Shown here one piece after another: positions 1 through 7,841 of a stretch of 21,804 nt of DNA. Both the position numbers and the translations under genes were made by a program. The first letter of the stretch is position 1. Every line of letters begins with the position of its first letter. The notes under the pieces are model-generated. The model ran no database searches, was not told where the DNA came from, and worked only from the letters and a program-made list of their open reading frames with translations. Source of the stretch: Candidatus Hydrogenedentota bacterium (lineage in GTDB: Bacteria; Hydrogenedentota; Hydrogenedentia; Hydrogenedentales; GCA-2746185); contig JAYGCN010000100.1 of NCBI GenBank assembly GCA_046583315.1, forward strand, positions 1 to 21,804. The letters are read 5' to 3'.

Positions 1-9
1 CGTTGACTC

Positions 10-38
10 TTGCTTTGATATACGTAGAGGGTTAGCTT
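10..38 (+). promoter_or_regulatory. Possible sigma70-type promoter for the oxidoreductase operon
   Basis: TTGCTT (10-15), 17-nt spacer, TAGCTT (33-38), about 20 nt upstream of the ATG at 61. Weak matches only. Confidence 0.25.
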
Positions 39-60
39 TAGGGAAAAAAGGATCGATCAC

Positions 61-1311
61 ATGTCACGAGTTCGGATGGGGTTTATTGGTGCGGGGTTTA
101 TTGCTCGGTTTCAGTGTTTGGCGTTGAAGCAGGTGCGGGGCGTAGATTTGGTGGGGGTGGTGTCGCCGAATCGTGCTCAGGAGTTGGTGGATCATGTGAA
201 TGCGGAGGGGCTCGGGCCGTGTGTGCGCTATGAGACGATTACTGAGCTGTGTCATCATTGCGATGTGGTGGGGATTTTTGCGCCGAATTATCTGCGGGAG
301 GAGCATGTGCTCGAGGTGTGTGATGCGAAGAGGGCTGGCGCTCAGCTGACGGGTGTGATTTGTGAGAAGCCGCTCGCGCAGACGGTGGCAGGGGCGCGGA
401 AATTGGTAGCGATGGCGGCTGAGGTCGGTCTGAAAACTTTCTACTTTGAGAATCAACTGCACATGAAACCGATTCGTCAGCAGATGGAGCAATTGCGTCC
501 GCAGCAGGAGGTGATGGGACCATTAACGCTGGTGCGGTCGGCGGAGGAACATGGCGGGCCGCATGAACCGTGGTTTTGGGATCCGGTGCGTCAGGGCGGG
601 GGAGTGTTGTCGGACATGGGGTGTCATAGTATCGCGGTGGGGTGGTTTGCGTTGACGCCTTACGGGAAACCGTTGACTTTTTTGGAGCCGATTTCGGTGA
701 GTTGTGAGCTGGGTTTGTTGAAGTGGGGGCAGCCGAAGTGGCGACAGGATTTGATTGATCGGATGGGTGTGGATTATGGCAAGACTCCGGCGGAAGACTT
801 CGCAACCGGTGTGGTGACGTTTCGAAATCCGGAGACGGGTCAACATGTGAAGGCGCAGTTCACGAATTCGTGGATGTATGAGAAGCAAGGGCTACGTCTG
901 TTCATGGATGGCATGGGACCGGGTTACGCCTTCGAAGTGGATTCGCTGAAGTCGCCGGTGAATATTTTTATCGGCGATGCGGCCGCTGAGGCGGTGGGGG
1001 ATTCGGAGACGGCACTTGAGAAGTCGACGGCGTCGCGGGGATTGCTCGTCATTGAGCCGAATGAGGCTGACTTATATGGCTATGTCGATGAGATGGAGAA
1101 TGTGAGGGATTGTCTCCTGAAAGGCGAGGAACCGCTTGCGGATTGGTCGTATGGCGTGGAAATTGTTCGACTGGTTGCCGCGGCGTACATGGCAGGTGAG
1201 GGCGGGGTTACGGTAGACTTGACGGACTCGGCGGTGAATGAAGAATTGGAAACTTATGTATCGCTGATCGCGCAAGGGCGTGGTCGCGAGGTGTTGTATG
1301 TGCCTGAATAA
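61..1311 (+). CDS. Gfo/Idh/MocA family NAD(P)-dependent oxidoreductase
   Basis: N-terminal Rossmann motif GFIGAGFIA, CEKPL motif and GGGVLSDMGCH, all typical of the family; 416 aa. Confidence 0.9.
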   Translation: MSRVRMGFIGAGFIARFQCLALKQVRGVDLVGVVSPNRAQELVDHVNAEGLGPCVRYETITELCHHCDVVGIFAPNYLREEHVLEVCDAKRAGAQLTGVICEKPLAQTVAGARKLVAMAAEVGLKTFYFENQLHMKPIRQQMEQLRPQQEVMGPLTLVRSAEEHGGPHEPWFWDPVRQGGGVLSDMGCHSIAVGWFALTPYGKPLTFLEPISVSCELGLLKWGQPKWRQDLIDRMGVDYGKTPAEDFATGVVTFRNPETGQHVKAQFTNSWMYEKQGLRLFMDGMGPGYAFEVDSLKSPVNIFIGDAAAEAVGDSETALEKSTASRGLLVIEPNEADLYGYVDEMENVRDCLLKGEEPLADWSYGVEIVRLVAAAYMAGEGGVTVDLTDSAVNEELETYVSLIAQGRGREVLYVPE

Positions 1312-1326
1312 ATTTGGAGAAAAGTG

Positions 1327-1785
1327 ATGGCTATATTACCGTATGCGAAGGATAGTGAAGCGGATTATGCGAATCGAATGAGCGGGCTGACGGTGGATTC
1401 GGAGCGGAAGTTTGGCACGATGGACTCGACGAAGATGTTGCGGCATATGCGGCTGTCGTATGAGACGGCGATCGGGGAGACGGATTTTGAGATCAAGCCT
1501 ATCCCGGTACTCTCGCCGATTCTGTTGTACGTATTTTCAAACGTCTTGAAGGTGTGGCCGGGCGGCAAGATTAAGGCCCCGGGGTTTTGGAGTCCTCCTG
1601 CGGAAGGTGCGTTCGACGAGGAGCTGAAACTGATTACTGAGGCCCAGTCGCGATTCCTGGAGAAACTTGAGTCGTCGCCGGATGAGGTGAATGCGCATCC
1701 GATTTTTGGAAAAATGACTGTGCAGCAGTGGAGTCGCTTGTTGGGGCCGCATCTGAATCATCATCTGCGGCAGTTCGGAGTGTAG
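1327..1785 (+). CDS. DUF1569 (DinB-like four-helix) domain protein
   Basis: KMLRH near the N-terminus and C-terminal HPIFGKMTVQQW...HLNHHLRQFGV signature. GGAG at 1316-1319 favours ATG 1327 over GTG 1324. Confidence 0.8.
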   Translation: MAILPYAKDSEADYANRMSGLTVDSERKFGTMDSTKMLRHMRLSYETAIGETDFEIKPIPVLSPILLYVFSNVLKVWPGGKIKAPGFWSPPAEGAFDEELKLITEAQSRFLEKLESSPDEVNAHPIFGKMTVQQWSRLLGPHLNHHLRQFGV

Positions 1786-1794
1786 AAAATTTTA

Positions 1795-1818
1795 ACGCAA
1801 AGGCGCAAAGACGCAAAG
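1795..1818. repeat. Three tandem copies of the 8-mer RCGCAAAG in an intergenic spacer
   Basis: ACGCAAAG (1795-1802), GCGCAAAG (1803-1810), ACGCAAAG (1811-1818), read directly. Confidence 0.85.
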
Positions 1819-1856
1819 GGTCTCAGTAGGCTCTGAAATCTGATTGGAAATTGAGC

Positions 1857-3059
1857 ATGAATATTGCACGAGTGTTATCTGGATTGTTATTACTGATGAA
1901 TGGATTTGCATACGGTGCTGAATCTGTTCAGGGCGAACTCATCTTCCCTCTTGAATCTTGGCACAACCATGGGTCGGCGATTGTGGAGTGTCCGAACGGG
2001 GACATGTTGGTGTGCTGGTTTCATGGATCGGGAGAGCGGCGATCGGATGACGTGGAGATTTTGGGTGCGCGCTGGGTGAAGGCTACGGGGGAGTGGACCG
2101 AACCGTTTCAGATGGCGGATACGCCGGAGTTTCCGGACACGAATTGCACGATGATCATCGATCAAAATGAGACCTTGTGGTTGTTGTGGCCGGTGATTCA
2201 GGCGAATCTGTGGGAAAGCGCGTTAATGAAAATAAAGAAGTCGACGAATTACATGATGGCGGAGGGTGCGCCGGAGTGGGACGTGATGACGATCATGCAT
2301 GTGAAGCATGAGGGGGATTATCCGGCGAAGGTGAAGGAGAAGTTGGCGGAGTACATGGGGGACGCGAAGATTCACGAACGTACACAGCGCTGGATTGACC
2401 ATGTGAATACTCAGGCGGAGGATAAGCTGACGCGGCGGCTGGGTTGGTTTACGCGGGCGCATCCGTTGATTCTGGATGACGGGCGCATGCTGGTTGGATT
2501 GTATTCGGACGGCTTCTCGTTTTCGCTGGTTGGTATTACCGATGACCTGGGCAAGACCTGGAAATATAGCGAGCCGATTGTCGGCGGCGGGAATATTCAG
2601 CCGTCATTTGCGCAAAAGAAGGATGGCACGATTGTCGCCTACATGCGCGACAACGGTCCCGCGCCGAAGCGTGTGCATGTTTCTGAGTCGAAAGACCGCG
2701 GCGAGACTTGGAGCAAGGTATATGACCACGACGAATTGTTTAATCCGGGGTCGGGACTCGAAGTGATGACCATGAGCGATGGCGACTGGGTGTGCATCTA
2801 CAACGACAAGCAGTCGGGTCGGCATTCGCTGGCGGTGTCGCTCTCCGAAGACGAAGGCGAGACCTGGAAATACACACGCCACCTCGAAGCGCACGAAACG
2901 GGTCAGGGTGGATTCCATTACCCATCGATTATTGAGGGGAGCGATGGCAACCTGCATGTTTCGTACAGCTACTTCATTGATGTACCCCACGGTGGCGAGG
3001 AAAAGGGTAAAAGCATCAAGTATGCGACGTTCAGCAAGGACTGGATTAAGGGGGATTGA
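1857..3059 (+). CDS. Secreted BNR/Asp-box beta-propeller protein (sialidase-like, BNR_2 type)
   Basis: Signal-peptide-like N-terminus (MNIARVLSGLLLLMNGFAYG). Three Asp boxes TDDLGKTW, SKDRGETW, SEDEGETW. HGSAIVECPNGDMLVCWF start motif and C-terminal YPS. Start could be TTG 1851. Confidence 0.8.
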   Translation: MNIARVLSGLLLLMNGFAYGAESVQGELIFPLESWHNHGSAIVECPNGDMLVCWFHGSGERRSDDVEILGARWVKATGEWTEPFQMADTPEFPDTNCTMIIDQNETLWLLWPVIQANLWESALMKIKKSTNYMMAEGAPEWDVMTIMHVKHEGDYPAKVKEKLAEYMGDAKIHERTQRWIDHVNTQAEDKLTRRLGWFTRAHPLILDDGRMLVGLYSDGFSFSLVGITDDLGKTWKYSEPIVGGGNIQPSFAQKKDGTIVAYMRDNGPAPKRVHVSESKDRGETWSKVYDHDELFNPGSGLEVMTMSDGDWVCIYNDKQSGRHSLAVSLSEDEGETWKYTRHLEAHETGQGGFHYPSIIEGSDGNLHVSYSYFIDVPHGGEEKGKSIKYATFSKDWIKGD

Positions 3060-3094
3060 GGTAACTTTGTTCGAACGCGAGGATTTGGATGAAC

Positions 3095-3478
3095 CTATGT
3101 TTCTTGAGCTACCGATTCATCAGGAGTCACCGCATAGGGATTCGGGCCATAGTTGTTTTCTTCGGGATGGCCGGGTTCTGCCAAAATTATTAAAAGAAAG
3201 AACGCTCCTATGAGGGGAATTAGACTGATAAGGATCCACCACCCGCTATTGCCCGTGTCGTGAAGTCTTCGCACTGTCGCCCCCCAGGCCGGAAGAAAGG
3301 TCGCCAAATAATAGAACCCCACTATGAGGGGTTCCTCATGCTCAAGATAGAATCCCTCAAAGAATAGAATCGAAATTACCACGATCACGTTGACGAGGGC
3401 GAACATCCAATATTCTCTTCTTGATGCCCGTCCACTGAATACGGCATATTTTCTTAATACGCGAAAATACGAATACAC
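3095..3478 (-). CDS. DUF805 family membrane protein (YhaH/YhaI-like)
   Basis: KYAVFSGRASRREYW, VRRLHDTGNSGWW and NNYGPNP motifs. GTG start preceded by AAGGAAAGGGG on the minus strand. Confidence 0.92.
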   Translation of the reverse strand: MYSYFRVLRKYAVFSGRASRREYWMFALVNVIVVISILFFEGFYLEHEEPLIVGFYYLATFLPAWGATVRRLHDTGNSGWWILISLIPLIGAFFLLIILAEPGHPEENNYGPNPYAVTPDESVAQET

Positions 3479-3701
3479 CGATGCACCCCTTTCCTTGTAT
3501 CGATTGGAATTCTCAACCTATCAGAGATAGAGTACCGCACTCAACAAATAGACGAAACGCGCGAAATATCTGTAAAAGACGTTCTGGAACAAGATAAATA
3601 GTGCCGTCAATTCAGCATGCATATAGGGGGAATAACCCGGTCTTTCTGTGCTAAAATAGACTCTTCCCCGAAATTTTTCCGAGCTGGTTGGAGTCTGTTT
3701 G

Positions 3702-4793
3702 ATGATTGTGCGTTTTGTAGTGAATTTGGCTGTTTTTTGTGTGCTGTCGGCAGGCGTTTTTGCTGACATGGTGCCTGTTTCGATTGATGTTGAGGCGAAG
3801 AAGCCGGCGAAGTTTTTGTCGGAGATGAATTTCTTTGTTGTTGAAGATGGCCGGATAACGACGACGCCGAATTCGGGGGTTGAGCCCTTCGATGTGATCA
3901 CGCCCCTTTTCTCTGATTACACGGAGAAGTATCGTTATGTGTGGATGCCGGATGGGGTGTCGGCGGCGTACCATGATCGCGACGTGATGGATTTTCCTGT
4001 GGGCACGGTGATGCTGAAGACCTTTTCGTATTTGCATGACCTGCGCGATCCTTCTCTGGGCGAGCGTGTGTTGGAAACGCGGCTGTTGATTCATAGTTCG
4101 AAGGGTTGGAAGGGCTGGGTCTATCTGTGGAACGAGGAGCAGACGGATGCGGAACTGAAAATCGCGGGCACGACCGTTGATGCCGAGTGGATCGACGCGT
4201 CGGGCAAAGCGATGAAGAACAACTACATCGTCCCCAACATCAATCAGTGCAAGGGCTGCCACGAGCAGTCGGGCAAGTTGGAGCCGATTGGCCCGAAGGC
4301 GCGCTATTTGAACATGGACTACGAATTTGCGCACGGCACGCAGAATCAACTTTCGCGACTGGCCGAGGTCGGGTACTTGACGGGCCTTCCTGATGATATG
4401 GAATCGGTTTCTGCCGTTGCGCGCTGGGATGATGAGTCGGCGCCGCTGGAACGACGGGCGCGCGCGTGGCTGGAGATCAATTGTATGCACTGCCACAATC
4501 TGGAAGGCCCCGCGAGCACGACGGGTTTCGTGCTGGATTATTATGAGACCGACCCGATAAAGTTGGGCGTGATGAAACCACCCGTGGCAGCGGGTCGCGG
4601 ATCGGGCGGCTTCTTGTACGATATTGTTCCGGGCGATCCGGACGAGTCTATCCTGGTTTTTCGTATTGAGTCGACCGATCCGGGCATTATGATGCCGGAA
4701 TTGCCGCGACGATTGGTGCATAAAGAGAGTGCCAAATTGATTCGCGCGTGGATAAAAGCGATGGAAAAGCCTGAAGGCCTGGACGGCGATTAG
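3702..4793 (+). CDS. SO2930-family (HNE_0200-like) exported diheme c-type cytochrome
   Basis: Signal peptide; two CxxCH motifs (CKGCH, CMHCH); family motifs TPLFSDYTEKYRYVWMP, FPVGT..KTF, ETRLL, KPPVAAGRG and MMPELPR. GGAG at 3690-3693 favours ATG 3702. Confidence 0.85.
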   Translation: MIVRFVVNLAVFCVLSAGVFADMVPVSIDVEAKKPAKFLSEMNFFVVEDGRITTTPNSGVEPFDVITPLFSDYTEKYRYVWMPDGVSAAYHDRDVMDFPVGTVMLKTFSYLHDLRDPSLGERVLETRLLIHSSKGWKGWVYLWNEEQTDAELKIAGTTVDAEWIDASGKAMKNNYIVPNINQCKGCHEQSGKLEPIGPKARYLNMDYEFAHGTQNQLSRLAEVGYLTGLPDDMESVSAVARWDDESAPLERRARAWLEINCMHCHNLEGPASTTGFVLDYYETDPIKLGVMKPPVAAGRGSGGFLYDIVPGDPDESILVFRIESTDPGIMMPELPRRLVHKESAKLIRAWIKAMEKPEGLDGD

Positions 4794-4823
4794 AGTTAAA
4801 CGTATGGGGAGTGTCTTGAGCCG

Positions 4824-5918
4824 ATGAAAACGGAGTCGCACGCTGTTTCTGAGATAAGCACATTGCTTGCCGCAAGTGAATTGTTTCGGGATTTGGATAT
4901 CGATTCTCTGGAGAATATCGCAATCCATTGCACATCCATTTCGTTCGAGATGGATGAAACCGTTTTTTCTGAGGGGGAAGCCGGTGACACGCTCTATATA
5001 TTGGCTTCGGGAAAGGTCTCGTTGTATAAACAGATGGGGCTTGGCTTGCGCAAGATTCGAACCTTCAAATCCGGGGACCACTTTGGTGAAATGGCGTTGA
5101 TCGCGAATGAGCCTCGCGTGGGCACGGTTACAACTGACTCGAAGGTGCGATGCATCGCTCTCACCGAGGAAGGATTTCAAATTCTTCTGGATACCAATCC
5201 AGATTTTTCCCAACGAATCTTGAAGGCGTTGACGCAGCGATTGCGTGAGACGGATGAGGCGGCGACGCGGGACATGATTGCGGCGCACCAGGCGCTGAGT
5301 TTTTCCTTGGCGAATCTGGCGGACTCGCGTGATCCGGAGACTGGGGGTCATTTGTATCGGGTTCGAGGCTATTGTCAGTTGCTCGCGGCCTTGCTTGCGG
5401 ATCATCCCGATTATCGTGATGCCATTTCGAACAGCTTTATCGAAAATATTTTCCTGGTAGCACCCTTGCATGATATCGGAAAGGTGGCGATTCCAGACGG
5501 GGTGCTGATGAAAGCGGGCAAGCTGACAGATGCCGAATTCGAAGTGATGGCGCAACATACGATTTTGGGTGCTGAGGCGCTGGACACGGTGCTGGAGTAT
5601 TGCGACTTCGAACTGTTCCACATGGCGCGGCGCGTGATTCTGTGTCACCATGAACACTTCGACGGCAAGGGGTACCCCAATGGGCTGGTGGGGGCTGAAA
5701 TTCCGATTGAAGCGCGAATCATGTCACTGGCGGACAATTACGATGCGCTACTGTCCGAACGCGTGTACAAGGCGGCGTTTTCGTATGAACAGGCCCATGA
5801 CGAGATTCGGAAACATTCGGGCACACGCTTTGATCCGGTGATGGTCGAAGTGATGCTGGAAAACATCGATCGCTTCGAATCGATCTATCAGGTGTACAGC
5901 GAGTCCGACGAAGATTGA
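4824..5918 (+). CDS. Cyclic-nucleotide-binding domain + HD-GYP phosphodiesterase
   Basis: N-terminal cNMP domain (EGEAGDTLYILASG..., FGEMAL....R). C-terminal RDPETGGH, LHDIGK, HHEHFDGKGYP, ARI..LADNYDAL and GTRFDP motifs. Confidence 0.9.
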   Translation: MKTESHAVSEISTLLAASELFRDLDIDSLENIAIHCTSISFEMDETVFSEGEAGDTLYILASGKVSLYKQMGLGLRKIRTFKSGDHFGEMALIANEPRVGTVTTDSKVRCIALTEEGFQILLDTNPDFSQRILKALTQRLRETDEAATRDMIAAHQALSFSLANLADSRDPETGGHLYRVRGYCQLLAALLADHPDYRDAISNSFIENIFLVAPLHDIGKVAIPDGVLMKAGKLTDAEFEVMAQHTILGAEALDTVLEYCDFELFHMARRVILCHHEHFDGKGYPNGLVGAEIPIEARIMSLADNYDALLSERVYKAAFSYEQAHDEIRKHSGTRFDPVMVEVMLENIDRFESIYQVYSESDED

Positions 5919-6013
5919 GCATGCAATCTGCGTGGGCCATTTGTTAATCTCCTCATGAAACCTTTCTAATGGCGTCTGAATGACGTTGAACTCGGTGTAG
6001 GAGAACTTAATCG

Positions 6014-6847
6014 ATGTCCAATTTATTTGATGATCAGGTAATTATCGTAACCGGTGGCGGACGCGGAATCGGCGCGGCGGCATGCAAGATTTTTTCGGAG
6101 ATGGGCGGCAAGGTCGTCGTCAGTGATCGCGATGAAGAGCCGACCATGACGATGGCGGAAGAAATTCGCTCGAAGGGCGGCGACGCGATCGGCGTTCACG
6201 GCGACGTGACCGACCCTGCGTTTCCTGAGGCACTGATGAAAGAAACGATTGCTAAATACGGCAAGCTGAACGTGCTCGTGAATAACGCTGGCTACACCTG
6301 GGACGGCATGTCGCACAAGATGACAGATGAAATGTGGCTGGCGACGCTGGATGTACACTTGACTGCGCCGTTTCGTCTGATTCGCGCGTCAGCACCGTAT
6401 TTGCGTGACGTCGGTAAGGCGGAGATTGCTGAACATGGATCGCCGCAGGAAAATCGGGTCATTGTGAATATCTCTTCGACGTCGGGTCTGCATGGTAACG
6501 TGGGCCAGATCAGTTACGCGGCCGGTAAAGCGGGCATCCTTGGTATGACGAAAACCATCGCGAAAGAGTGGGGCGGCTTTGGCGTTCGCTGCAATGCGGT
6601 GGCTTTCGGATTTATCGAGACACGCCTCACGAATGCGAAAGAAGAGGGCGCGTCATTGACGGTGGGGGATAAGGAAGTTTCCCTGGGTATTCCGGAAGGC
6701 ATGCGTGGTCGCGCGACAACGGGTAATCCACTGGGACGTCCGGGTCAGCCTTCGGAAGGTGCAGGCGGTATCGTTTTGATGGCATCCCCACTCGCATCGT
6801 ACGTAAACGGACACTGTCTCGAAGTAACAGGCGGCGCGGGTATATAA
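6014..6847 (+). CDS. Short-chain dehydrogenase/reductase (FabG-like)
   Basis: TGGGRGIG, NNAG, NISS and catalytic YAAGK; SD AGGAG upstream. Confidence 0.92.
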   Translation: MSNLFDDQVIIVTGGGRGIGAAACKIFSEMGGKVVVSDRDEEPTMTMAEEIRSKGGDAIGVHGDVTDPAFPEALMKETIAKYGKLNVLVNNAGYTWDGMSHKMTDEMWLATLDVHLTAPFRLIRASAPYLRDVGKAEIAEHGSPQENRVIVNISSTSGLHGNVGQISYAAGKAGILGMTKTIAKEWGGFGVRCNAVAFGFIETRLTNAKEEGASLTVGDKEVSLGIPEGMRGRATTGNPLGRPGQPSEGAGGIVLMASPLASYVNGHCLEVTGGAGI

Positions 6848-6853
6848 GTGCGA

Positions 6854-6891
6854 CTGGGGCAAACCTTTCTTGAAAGAAAGGTTTGCCCCAG
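6854..6891. repeat. Perfect 17-bp inverted repeat (REP-like palindrome)
   Basis: CTGGGGCAAACCTTTCT (6854-6870), loop TGAA, AGAAAGGTTTGCCCCAG (6875-6891); lies between convergent genes. Confidence 0.9.
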
Positions 6892-6918
6892 ACCCCTTTC
6901 CAAAGAACTTTCGGATTG

Positions 6919-6962
6919 AGCGTCCCGGATTCCCGTGCGGAATTTGGGACGCTTTTCTTTTT
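6919..6962 (+). terminator. Rho-independent terminator for the + strand cytochrome/HD-GYP/SDR genes
   Basis: Stem AGCGTCCCGGATTCC / GGAATTTGGGACGCT (two G-U pairs), 5-nt loop, followed by TTTCTTTTT. Confidence 0.75.
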
Positions 6963-7668
6963 AAAGGATTCCCATTTCTTTCAACTGCTTCTCTGCGGCT
7001 TGGGCCCAGCCTCGGTTGGCGGCGGGACTGGCGGGGCTGGGGTGGAGGATGGTGCCGATGTGTCCGGTGAAGTCGGGCAGGGCATGAAGGGCGCGTTTCT
7101 CGGCGAATTTGCCTACGCCGATGACCCATTTGGGGTGCAGTTCGTTCACCATCGATCGTAATGCGGTATCGCAGATGTCGAAGAGCTCCTTTTGTTCCGC
7201 TTTGGGGAGTTTATCGGGCGTGAAGTTGGCCCCGGTTTCCGTCATGAACACCAGCGGACAATAGTTCCACACGAAGAAGCGCTCGAAGAATGCGTCGGCG
7301 GTGCCGAATCGATCGCGCGCCCATCCCCAGAGTCGTGCGCCACTGACTTCGCTGCGGGTGCAATCGAATCCCTGAATGGGGCGTTTGGGATGTTCGTCGT
7401 CAGGGCGATCCACCTTGGCTTCGATGCCCATCCAGTCGCGTACCAGGGATACTTCGCCGAAAGGCACACCGGTCTGAGCCATGCCGAATGGGCCGGGGTT
7501 CATTCCAAGGAAGAGGACTTCTTTGGGTGTTTGTGCGAAGGTATCTATATATAACTCGTTCGAACGGCGCGCGTAGCTGAGCGGGTTGTAAATATGGGTG
7601 ACCGGCGGTGAAAAGGTGAGGTCGTTTGCAGCTTTACTGAGGCGGCGTGCAATCGTGGTAATCTTCAT
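6961..7668 (-). CDS. SMUG1-type (family 3) uracil-DNA glycosylase
   Basis: YNPL.YAR, GMNPGPFGMAQTGVPFG, RSEVSG.RLW, NYCPL and HPSPASP motifs diagnostic of SMUG1; AGGAGG SD on the minus strand. Confidence 0.93.
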   Translation of the reverse strand: MKITTIARRLSKAANDLTFSPPVTHIYNPLSYARRSNELYIDTFAQTPKEVLFLGMNPGPFGMAQTGVPFGEVSLVRDWMGIEAKVDRPDDEHPKRPIQGFDCTRSEVSGARLWGWARDRFGTADAFFERFFVWNYCPLVFMTETGANFTPDKLPKAEQKELFDICDTALRSMVNELHPKWVIGVGKFAEKRALHALPDFTGHIGTILHPSPASPAANRGWAQAAEKQLKEMGIL

Positions 7669-7762
7669 AAACCTCCTAATAGACTGAAGTTATTCTGCAA
7701 AAATATTGATTCAATATGGGCTATACGGGGTAACGGAGTGTAATTAGGCGGTACTTAACTAA

Positions 7763-7795
7763 TTGACAACAATTTACATGATTTTATGTTAAAAT
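7763..7795 (+). promoter_or_regulatory. Likely sigma70-type promoter for the lipoprotein gene
   Basis: Consensus TTGACA (7763-7768) with TATGTT (7785-7790, 16-nt spacer) and an overlapping extended -10 TGtTAAAAT (7787-7795), in an AT-rich divergent spacer. Confidence 0.5.
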
Positions 7796-7841
7796 CTATG
7801 GAGTTTATTGTTGACTATAACTAGATTTAGGGAGAAGTACA

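Noticed and set aside
1795..1818. Possible CRISPR or riboswitch remnant (GACGCAAAG)
   Set aside because: Only 8-bp tandem units without spacers, no cas genes, and no supporting stems.
3651..5657. 668-aa ORF on the minus strand spanning the cytochrome and HD-GYP genes
   Set aside because: Antisense shadow of two well-supported + strand genes; Arg/His/Gln-rich with no recognisable motif. Long antisense ORFs are common in GC-rich coding DNA.
6856..6891. GGCAAACC...GAAA resemblance to a c-di-GMP-I (GEMM) riboswitch
   Set aside because: The 3' arm is a perfect complement and lacks the GACGCAAA segment and second stem. It lies 3' of convergent genes, not in a leader.
6653..7554. Small overlapping ORFs around the SDR/glycosylase junction (6653-7129, 6870-7070, 6883-7161, 7192-7554)
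   Set aside because: They overlap confident genes or the palindrome/terminator and show no motifs.
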